DNA of 64,000 nt, taken from Centroscyllium fabricii. Lineage: Eukaryota. A program made the position numbers and the translations under genes. The stretch is from NCBI GenBank assembly GCA_051313645.2, contig JBNRSN020000028.1, forward strand, positions 14,756,001 through 14,820,000, read 5' to 3'. The notes under the pieces were generated by a model that saw only the letters and a list, made by a program, of their open reading frames with translations, was not told the DNA's origin and did not search any database. How positions within the stretch are numbered: the first letter of the stretch is position 1; each line of letters begins with the position of its first letter. This document shows, piece by piece, positions 25,902-35,149 of the stretch.

Positions 25902-27865
25902 ATGTGGAACCATCTCGCACCGCTCCTCGTCATTAGTGGCCCTAGAAATAGTAGATGTATTACTGATTATCTTCCAGCAATCGATGGAATCTGGAAATGT
26001 ACCCATGGATTGGAGGGTGGCTAATGTTACCCCACTATTCAAGAAGGGTGGTAGGGAGAAAGCGGGAATTTACAGACCAGTAAGCCTGACATCGGTAGTG
26101 GGGAAGATGCTGGAGTCCATAATAAAGGATGTAATCACTGAGCACTTGAAAATCAGCGGCAGGATCGGACAAAGTCAACATGGATTTACAAAAGGTAAAT
26201 CATGCTTGACTAATCTACTGGATTTTTTTGAGGATGTAACTGGGAAAATTGATCAGGGAGAACCAGTAAATGTGGTGTACTTGGACTTTCAGAAGGTGTT
26301 CGACAAGGTCCCGCACAAGAGATTGGCATATACATTTAGGGCACATGGGATTGGGGGCAAACTATTGACTTGGATTGAGAAGTGGTTGGCAGACAGAAAG
26401 CAGAGAGTGGGAGTGAATGGGTCTTTTTCCGGGTGGCAGTCAGTGACTAGTGGGGTACCGCAGGGATCGGTCCTGGGACCCCAGCTATTCACAATATACA
26501 TTAATGATTTAGAAAAGGGAACTAAATGTAATGTCTCCAAGTTTGCAGATGACACAAAGCTGGGAGGCTGTGTGTGCTGCGAGAAGGATACCAGGATGCT
26601 CCAGGATGAATTGAACAGGTTGGGCGAGTGGACCGAGACATAGCAGATGCAATATAATGTGGATAAATGCGAGGTTATCCACTTTGCGGGCAAAAACAGA
26701 AATGCCGACTATTATGTGAATGGCAATAGATTGGGAGAAGGGGAACTGCAACGAGACCTGGATGTCCTGGTGCACCAGTCACTGAAGGTAAACATGCAGG
26801 TGCAGCAGGCGGTTAAGAAGGCAAATGGTATGTTGGCCTTCATAGCGAAAGGGTTCGAGTACAGGAACAGGGAGGTCTTGCTGCAGTTGTACAGGCCTTG
26901 GTGAGACCGCACCTTGAGTATTGTGTGCAGTTTTGGTCTCCTTATCTAAGGAAGGACGTTCTTGCCATGGAGGGAGTGCAGAGGAGATTCACCAGGCTGA
27001 TATCTGGGATGGCAGGATTGACGTATGAGGAGAGACTGGGTAGACTGGGTTTGTACTCTCTGGAGTTTAGAAGATTAAGAGGGGATCTCATGGAAACGTA
27101 TAAAATTCTAATTGGTCTGGACAAACTTGATGCAGGAAGAATGTTCCCGATGATCGGAGAGTCCAGAACCAGGGGTCATAGTCTAAGAATAAGGGGTAAC
27201 TCATTTAGGACAGAGATGAGGAGGAATTTCTTCACCCAGAGAGTGGTGAACCTGTGGAATTCTCTGCCACAGAAGGCGGTGGAGGCCAAATCATTAAAGA
27301 TATTCAAGAAGGAGCTGGATGTATTTCTTAAGGCTAGAGGGATCGCGGGATATGGGGAGAAGGCAGGGACAGGGTACTTAGTTTGGATGATCAGCCATGA
27401 TCTCATTGAATGGCGGAGCAGGCTCGAGGGGCTGAATGGCCTACTCCTGCTCCTATCTTCTATGTTTCTATGTTTCTATCAGCAATTAAGACATTACACA
27501 GCCTGAGTGCAGTTGAGTGGCGCCGCACACTCTGGACTTTACACAGAGACTTGAGTTTTCCTTCTCACTAAAAATCCATTCTCCCGGTGACTGCTGCAAC
27601 CCAGATGTTATTATTAGTCAAGTGATGATGGTGATGAGAATCACTATGGCTGTTACTTTATGTTAGAATGGAGCCAGACAGACACAGTGGAACAGCCGGT
27701 TCCTGAACTGACGGTTCGAGAGGAAAGGATGTCACATTAACCTGCACCTTGAAAACAAGCGGTGCTGCACATTATGTGCGCTAGTTCAGTCAGCAGTCCG
27801 GATAACCACCAAGGTCGGCAGGAAATGAGTCTTACGGGGTCACATTTCAGGAGAGACCGCGTTGT
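25902..27865 (+). pseudogene. TCR V pseudogene (possibly delta-like) with its leader split by CR1
   Basis: Leader-like MWNHLAPLLVI at 25902; exon from ~27667 WSQTDTVEQPVPELTVRE..DVTLTCTLKTSGAAHYVR*FSQQSG*PP..ESYGVTFQER; no 3' end or RSS found. Confidence 0.65.
25936..27479 (+). mobile_element. CR1-type LINE, 5'-truncated, RT domain with a stop and a frameshift
   Basis: YRPVSLTS, QHGF, YLDFQKVFDKV, GVPQGSVLGP and KFADD motifs; same 3' tail as 24650-25488. Confidence 0.96.
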
Positions 27866-28254
27866 TCTGAAAGTGTTTCACTCGTCGATCGTTTCTTAAA
27901 TCGTTGCTGAAAGTTTCGACTCCGTTCAGTTCTTTTCATAACGACTGGAGCCAGGTTCGAGTGCGATTCTGACACTGAAAAATAACGTTTTATATTTGTT
28001 TCAATGAGATTGAAAGCTGAGGTGCTCATCACATGAACAGGGAATGGCAGCACCGCCCCATCGAATACCTTATTATCAAATTAACAGCAAGATTATTATG
28101 ATGAATAATAACCTTTCTTTCAGTTCTGTATTGTTAGTTGGACAGCGACCGATTTGCCTGTTTTTACACAGACACTCTCCTGTGAGAACTACTGACAGTC
28201 CCCGTTTCTCCCCACACTGCCCACTATCCAGTTGTCCCTGTCACATTCCGGCGG

Positions 28255-28810
28255 TGTGTTTGTTCGGGGCTCCCTCTGGTTCCTGTCACTGTGTCTCTCA
28301 GTGAGACACCGCGCGGTCAGACAGCCGCAGGCCGCCGATGGTGAAATTCCCCTCACTTTTAGAAGTGTTGAGAGATGCGGAAAATCGAGCCCCCGCGCCC
28401 TCTGCTCGGAAAACATCCCCGCAGGAAGAAATGTAGATCAGGAATCTGGAGCCTTTGTCGCGATCCTGACGGTACAGTTGTAAGGACTGTGAAGGAGCAG
28501 TGGTCGAATAGCTGTAATTGATTGTCACCGAGTCTCCTTCAAACTGCATCGATGCCAGCGACCCCTGTGAGACCGAGTCCGCACAACTAACTCCTGCAGA
28601 AATTTAGAAATACAGAACTTTAGGCTTTTTACATGTTTTTATTTTAATCTTACTGTCATGAAGGTGACGTAATAACCATTGCAAATAGAGAGAAAACGCA
28701 GTTAAATTGATGTCAATGACACCTGCAGGAGAAAGATTGTGTAACTTGTAAACTTTACCAGCAGAGAGAGCTGCAGCTGTGACGAATAAAGAAAAAGTAA
28801 CAGCCAACAT
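28255..28810 (-). pseudogene. TCR V pseudogene with 23-RSS
   Basis: Leader 28810-28759 MLAVTFSLFVTAAALSA; exon from 28593 GVSCADSVSQ..EGDSVTINYSY (Cys>Tyr), LYRQ (Trp>Leu), YYC lost; RSS CACAGTG (28293-28287) + 23 + ACAAACACA. Confidence 0.9.
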
Positions 28811-29019
28811 GTTTGCAGGGAGTTTATGGTGGATTTGAACAGAACGGTTTGAACCTGTAATTGTCTCAGTCAAGGGCTGGGAAGATGTTGAGTAATATCC
28901 GGTCTCTCTGCCGATTGGTTCATTCCTGGTAGAGTCAGCAGGAGCTATCCAATCAGCTCACGGATGCTTTGTTCTCCAATTGAACCAATCAGCTCACAGT
29001 GCCTTTATAAGAAAATAAT

Positions 29020-29257
29020 AAATAAGAGCAGGAATAGGGCATTCGGCCCCTCGAGCCTGCTCCGCCATTCAATAAGATCATGGCTAATCATCGACCTCAA
29101 CTCCACTTTCCCGCCCGATCTCCAAATCCCTTGATTCCCCCAGAGTCCAAAAATCTCTCTACTCAGCCTTGAATATACTCAGAGACTCGGCGTTCACAGC
29201 CCTCTGGGGCAGAGAATTCCAAAGATTCACAACCGTCTGAGTGAACAAATTCCTCAA
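29020..29257 (-). mobile_element. CR1 3'-end fragment
   Basis: Reverse complement of the CR1 3'UTR (attcggcccctcgagcctgctccgccattcaa). Confidence 0.75.
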
Positions 29258-29489
29258 ATGTGTTTTTAAATTCATCCAATCAGCTCACAGATACTTTGTT
29301 CGCCAATTCACGCGGTCAGAGCGAGGAGCGGGAAACGGAGTGAAATTGTTCTCCTCACAACACAGAACTGCACGGGGATTAAACTTCAACAGGGTCAGTC
29401 TGTGAGGTGGCGGCACTGAAGGGCAATAGTTCATGTTGTTCTGGCATCAGTGCCGGATGCTCCCATTAAAATAATTGTTCACTGACCAT

Positions 29490-29750
29490 TAGACGTCCAA
29501 AGATGTGCGGGTTAGGTTGATTGGCCATGAAAAATTGACCCTTAGTGTTAGGGGGATTGAATATGTGGGGTTACGGGGATAGGGTGGGATATGTGTCGGT
29601 GCAGGCTCCATAGGGATCGAGGGATATGGGGAGAGAGCAGAGACAGGGTACTGGGTTTGGATGATCAGCCATGATCTCATTGAATGGCGGAGCAGGCTCG
29701 AAGTGCCGAATGGCCTACTCCTGGTCCTATCTTCTATGTTTCTATGTTTA
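29490..29750 (+). mobile_element. Chimeric SINE: HE1-like body plus CR1 3' tail
   Basis: gtccaaagatgtgcgggttaggttgattggcc body joined to gggatatggggagag...ttctatgtttctatg. Confidence 0.75.
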
Positions 29751-29834
29751 TAGACCTATGTGTAAAGGGTCAGTGTGTGTTCCGTGGATTATATTTAGTC
29801 CGAAATGTCTGATACATTCTCTGTTTTGTTACAG

Positions 29835-30176
29835 GAATGAATGGCGAAGATTCAGTGCTCCAGGATCCGTCTGAATTAAAGGTTCAGGAAATGACAGACC
29901 ATAATACTGAACTGCAGTCACTCGAGAGCTGCTTCAACTCTCTTGTGGTACATCCAGTATCCCGGTGAAGCTCCTAGATATTTACTGAAGAGATATCGCT
30001 CAGAGGACGGAGACAAGTCTCCAAATTTACCAGATAGGTTCTCTGCTGATATGAACGAAATAAATTAAACAGTTCCTTTAGATATCGCCGGGGCACTTGT
30101 CTCCGACCCCGCGGTTTATTTCTGTGCCATGAGCCCCACTCTGCTGCAGCGATACAGCGGATGCCGGCCAAAAACC
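29835..30176 (+). pseudogene. TRAV-like pseudogene with RSS
   Basis: GMNGEDSVLQDPSELKVQE /frameshift/ TIILNCSHS..LLWYIQYPGEAPRYLL..DRFSA..*TVPLDIAGALVSDPAVYFCAMSP; RSS CACTCTG + 24 + CCAAAAACC. Confidence 0.9.
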
Positions 30177-30200
30177 CACACTGAGAGTTCCAGCTAGTGC

Positions 30201-30216
30201 TCACCAGAGGGCGCTG
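30201..30216 (+). promoter_or_regulatory. CTCF motif ~25 bp beyond the RSS nonamer
   Basis: TCACCAGAGGGCGCTG. Confidence 0.7.
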
Positions 30217-30336
30217 TCACATCGATAACCAGAGCGAAAATTCAGCCTCCACAGTGAGGCAGAGGGAGATTCCTAAAAGGGCAACAACAGAGAACACTCA
30301 ACAAGAACATCTGAGGTCCACTTGCAGAATTATATA

Positions 30337-30548
30337 GAAACATAGAAACATAGAAGATAGGAGCAGGAGTAGTCCATTCGGCCCTTCGAGCCTGCTCCGC
30401 CATTCAATGAGATCATGGCTGATCATCGAAACCCAGTACCCTGTCCCTGCTCTCTCCCCATATCCCTCGATCCCTATCGAGCCTGCACCGACACATATCC
30501 CACCCTATCCCCGTAACCCCACATATTCAATCCCCCGAACACAAAGGG
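30337..30548 (-). mobile_element. Chimeric SINE (HE1-like body plus CR1 tail), inverted relative to 29490-29750
   Basis: Near-identical reverse complement of 29550-29750, including the body/tail junction. Confidence 0.75.
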
Positions 30549-30715
30549 TTTACGTTGTCTGCATGTGTGTATATATGTATTGATGTGTGTGTGTATATAT
30601 GTATTGATGTGTGTTGTGTGTGTCTCAGTGTGCAGGCGCGCGCATCAGGGCTGATATTGACGTGGGCGGTTTCCATTGAACTGGAGGCACCTTCTGCGGC
30701 AGTTTTATTTCGCCG

Positions 30716-31446
30716 AGATTGTTTACAGCAACAGATAAGTTTAAAACTCTGTGCTGCTCAGCGGGCAGAAATATACGGCGCTGTCCTGGATTTCCGCTCG
30801 AGTGATCGTTAAATGAAATGTAATTTCTGAACTAATTGGGCCGGCCTCGAATCTTCACTTGGCAAAAACAGTCTTATTTTTGCACTCTTACCCCGCTCCG
30901 AAATAAAACGCAGGACCTAGTTCTCGTACAGCTGTTACCAGTACAGATCGGGGTTACTGAGCCTTGTTGTGCAGCTACCGTCTATTTTCACGCCATCTCC
31001 TTCAGTGACATTTAGCGCGGTCTGAGGTTGTGACTCCGAATCTGCCCGAATCTCCCCCGAATAGAAGTTAACTGCGGGATGAACACAAAACCGGTTCAAA
31101 TCCGGCCTCGGGTACTATCTGTTTACACATTCTCCCCGTGTCTGCGTGGGTTTCCTCCGGGTGCTCCGGTTTCCTCCCACAGTCCAAAGATGTGCGGGTT
31201 AGGTTGATTGGCCAGGATAAATTGACCCTTAGTATTAGGGGGATTGAATATGTGGGGTCACGGGGATAGGGTGGGATATGTGTCGGTGCAGGCTCGATGG
31301 GCCGAAATGGCCTCTATCTGCACTGTAGGGATTCTATGAAAACTGCGATAGAAAGTCTGTTAACATCACATTCGTGCAAACATAAACAAGACATTGCCGC
31401 ACCTACCGAGCACCAGCCACAATATAATGAGGAGAATGTATGACAT
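30716..31446 (-). pseudogene. TCR V pseudogene, same family as the 45.5-kb V
   Basis: Leader 31446-31407 MSYILLIILWLVL; acceptor AG>GG; exon ~31057-30754 EIRADSESQPQT..DLYW*..N*..AEIQDSAVYFC; heptamer CACAGAG at 30753-30747, degenerate nonamer. Confidence 0.9.
31091..31337 (+). mobile_element. HE1-type V-SINE, partial, in the V intron
   Basis: V-domain tctccccgtgtctgcgtgggtttcctccgggtgctccggtttcctcccac. Confidence 0.85.
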
Positions 31447-32498
31447 ACCGCATCTTCACCAACAACCCCTGAGAGCAGCAATTCAATTCCCTTTTGCAAG
31501 GTGTTATACTGAGAAAAGTAAGAAACTGTTGAAAGCAAGGTAGAACAGAAGGCGAGAAAGTATCTCGTGCAATTCTATTCATGGTAAAAGGGAGACTGTA
31601 TTAACTGGGTAACATAATTTTAACTCCGCCCGTTCGCCCATGACCCCTATGCTTTCTGACCCCCGTTGGCCTCCGGTACACCAATGCATTGCTTTTAGAA
31701 GTCGCATCCTTGTCTAGAAATCCCACCATGGTCTTGTCCCTCCCCCTGTTGCTGTAACCTCCCCCAGCCCTACAACCCTCCGAGATCTCTGCACTCCTCC
31801 AATTCAGCTTTAGGAAATGAAAGAAAAGATGAAATATGTTTGCTCCACAATCACCGTTCAGAAATGCTCCCCAAATTAACCAGATGCTGAGTAGCCGCAT
31901 TGTCGCTGTCCGCTCTGTAAAAGGATGGGTTAATATTTGAAGACACCCGTTCTAATCCCCGCCCTCAATAATCTGCTGTCATGTCTCAGGATTCTCTCAC
32001 CTCACTTCATTGGGACACCAGTGGTGCTGACAGACCGGTAGGCGGTGGGCTGGCGGCCAGTGAATGGAAACACCTCGAGCTGGGGTACAGTCAGTGTCCT
32101 TATAGGAGCATTGGTCCCGTTTGTAGGGACCGGTGGTGGGAATGAAACTCATGTCTCGTTATTGGAACCGGGAAACTCGGGATTGTTAATGGTGACAGAA
32201 AACCATTAAAGAGACATTTCTGAAGGGCAACGGAGATCTCTGTGCTCGGGGCTTGTTTCAAAGAGTACAGACACTACCTTGTGAAATCTGAAAATTGTGT
32301 ATAAACTGTCTCTGACCCAGCAACATGCTCTGACCAAATAAATCCTGTGTACAGGCCGCGATCAAAGGGTTCAAGGAACTGACAGGGGAGATGTGGGAAG
32401 GGCTGCACCATATTGCAAGCAGGCACAGGAAGGGCATCAAAGGACAAAAGGGCCTCGTGTTCAGTGAAATCAGCTCAAAGAAGATACTTTGAACACGG

Positions 32499-32514
32499 AC
32501 ACCAGGTGGCGCTG
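32499..32514 (+). promoter_or_regulatory. CTCF motif
   Basis: ACACCAGGTGGCGCTG. Confidence 0.65.
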
Positions 32515-33146
32515 ACAGAGCGCGGATTCCCACCGCCGGTCACTTTATATCAACAAATACTGACCAATACTTCCCCAGTATAAAGTAAGGTGAAATTCCA
32601 CTCTATCTCATATTTCTGCTTATTAATGTTATGTAGTTGAATAATTTCACACCTTATTAAAGTGTTAATGAGCTGTGCTCCTCCAGAGCCTTGGGATCGG
32701 TAGCAGTTTTGTTCCATTTGCCACCGCTAGTTTCAGGCCCTGCTTTTGACCCAATTCACTGATGAAGATTTTGATAACTATTCAAATATAATAATCTGCA
32801 ATTCTTGCTGCGAGCCTGCTTTTCCGGAATTTGTAACGAATGTGAAAGTAACGCAGCCCTGATAGAGAGGCAGAGATTTATAGATTCCGATGGGGATACT
32901 ATTATTGAGTTCAGTTCCTCACAGGTGGATCCTGTTTTTGACAACACCGCCCGCGGCAGCCCCGCCCACAGCTTCCGGTTGCTGCTCTGGCTCTGAGCCG
33001 CCTTGCCCGCCCTGTTATTGGAGAGATCGCTGCCGCCGTTCCCTGATTGGCATTGGTTTGATCAGCGGTGCAGTGGGGCGGGGATCAGTATTCCTGCTCC
33101 GACAGAGGATTTCCCGGACTGCAGAGTTACAGACTCAGGGAGGATC

Positions 33147-33390
33147 ATGTGGAACCGTCTCGAACCGCTCCTCGTCATTACATCACTTCTCAGTCAGAAT
33201 TTCCTCCCCAGTGAAAATCCATTCTCGCCCCGAGTGCTGTAACCCAGATGTTATTATTAGTTTAATGATGATGATGAAGATGTTGATGTGTATGATAATG
33301 TTATGATAGAAAAAAGCCACCAAGACACAGTGGAACCGCCGGTTCCTGAAATGACGGTTGAAGAGAAAAGTTATGTCGCATTAAACATCC
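33147..33390 (+). pseudogene. Truncated V relic, paralogue of 25902-27865
   Basis: Leader-like MWNRLEPLLVITSLL; exon start KSHQDTVEPPVPEMTVEE; upstream 32955-33180 is homologous to 25705-25935 and the intron to 27570-27660. Confidence 0.6.
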
Positions 33391-33870
33391 CAGCATTAAG
33401 GAGAGATTATGAAGGACAATGATCATTGGGGGGACTCTGTGCTTGGGGCCTGTTTCAAAGAGCACAATCACTACCTTGTGAAAGCTGTTCCTTGTGAATA
33501 AACTGTCTCTGACCCGGCAACATACTCTGATCAAAGAAACCCAGGTGTACAGGCAGCGATCAAAGAGTCGGGGTCACTGACAGGGGGGATGTGTGATTGG
33601 CTGCACAGGATCGCAGGGAGGCACGGGAAGGGCGTCAAAGGTCAAAAGACGAGTTCAGGTGCCACAACTCTATTTATGATGTTCATTGTTATTGTAATAC
33701 GCGGTGCAATCACCAACTAATATAATTCCCGAAGTAGACCTCACCTGCTCTTGATGGGTGTAGTTTTTGATTGATAAGGTCCCCATCACTCTCACCGTGG
33801 AGGCTGAATCATTGCTTGTAGTTATCGGTGTGATTATGGAAGACCGGAAAATATTGGCAGCATTTTGGAG

Positions 33871-34300
33871 ATGGCGCGGGTTGAGCTGCTCCTGATGTCC
33901 ATTGTAATAGGTAGATGGTGATATGTGTTCCCTCTGCTGGAGTGAATATTGCTAATTAACAGAGGCATTAACCGATAATTTTATTCATTGTTACAGGTAA
34001 AATCCAGGGGAGTTCGGTAACGCAGCCTCCAGATGAGGTGAAGGTTTACGAAGGGGAAAATCCTCAGTTGAGCTGCAATTACAAGACTAGTTCGGCTGAT
34101 CCGGATCGTTACTGGTACCGGTTGTACCTGAACCAGGCACCACAGTTTATCTTGTACCGTGATAACACCAGGGGAAGGGATGCCGAGTTTGCGAAAGGAA
34201 AATTCGACGCTCGCCATTTCCGTCAATATCAAGTTTTTCCTTTATCAATTTCTGCGGCAGAGACTGAAGACAGCGCCGTCTATTTCTGCGGACTGGGGTT
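33871..34300 (+). CDS. TRAV: Apparently functional TCR alpha/delta-locus V segment (leader 33871-33910, V exon 33997-34300)
   Basis: MARVELLLMSIVI/GKIQGSSVTQPPDEVKVYEGENPQLSCNY..YWYRLYLNQAPQFILYR..EDSAVYFCGLG; GT-AG phase-1 intron; Cys, Trp and YxC intact. Alpha versus delta assignment is by resemblance only. Confidence 0.9.
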
Positions 34301-34339
34301 CACGGTGCTTCAAAACTGCTCGACTTCCGTACAAAAACC
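34301..34339 (+). other. 23-spacer recombination signal sequence
   Basis: CACGGTG + 23 bp + ACAAAAACC. Confidence 0.93.
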
Positions 34340-34449
34340 TCACCAAACCACAGACCAACCCAAGAGCTAAGCAAAGACATCTGCCATCGAGCGACTCACG
34401 AAACAAACATCTGTCAATGAGAGAATGATGAGAAAAACATCTTTCCTGT

Positions 34450-34918
34450 TTTACCAGAATGGTGCCAGTGATGAGATCCTTCCGCTATGTGGAGAGACGA
34501 GAGAACCGGAGATTTTCCACTTAGAGCAGAGAAGGATAAGGGGAGTTTGAATAAAGATGTTTAAAATTATGAATGGTTTTGGTAAATTAGATGGGGAGCA
34601 ACTGTATTCATGTCAGTTGGATCGATAGCCAGAGGACACTGATTTAATATAATTGTCAAATAAAGTTCAGGGGGAAATTAGGAGAATATTTCTATGCAGC
34701 TAATTGTTACAATCTAGAATGCACTGCCTGACAGGGTAGTAGAAGTGGTTTCCGTAATAACTTTAAAAGAGGAATTGGATACATACTTGGAAAAGGAAAA
34801 TTTACGGAGTTCTGGGGAAAGATCAGGAGAGTGGGGCTCATTGATCGCTCATTCAAAGTGCGAGCACCGACAAGATTGGCCGAAAGGCCTCCTTCTGTGC
34901 AAATCCTTCTATCATTGT
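34450..34918 (+). mobile_element. Old degraded CR1 3' fragment
   Basis: Remnants ttaccagaatggt..ttagagcagagaagg..aatgcactgcctga..gaggaattggat, collinear with the CR1 ORF2 C-terminus. Confidence 0.7.
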
Positions 34919-35149
34919 AAAGTCCATTGCCCTCTCTAATTTGACACAACTCGTTGTTCCTTTATTGTCTCTGGGTCAGGATCCTGGAGCCCACCCCTAA
35001 CAGCACCGTAGGAGCACATTCACCGCATGGACTGCAGTGCCTCAAGGAGACGGCTCAGCAACAATAAGGGCAGCTGGAGATGGGCAATAAATGCCGGCGT
35101 TGTCATCGACGCCCATGTCTCGAGAATGGGCACAACAAACTAAGAGAAA

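Noticed and set aside
32820-32935. Possible V-exon start (GICN..VKVTQP)
   Set aside because: No acceptor AG, immediate stops, and no Cys/Trp or RSS; too degraded to call
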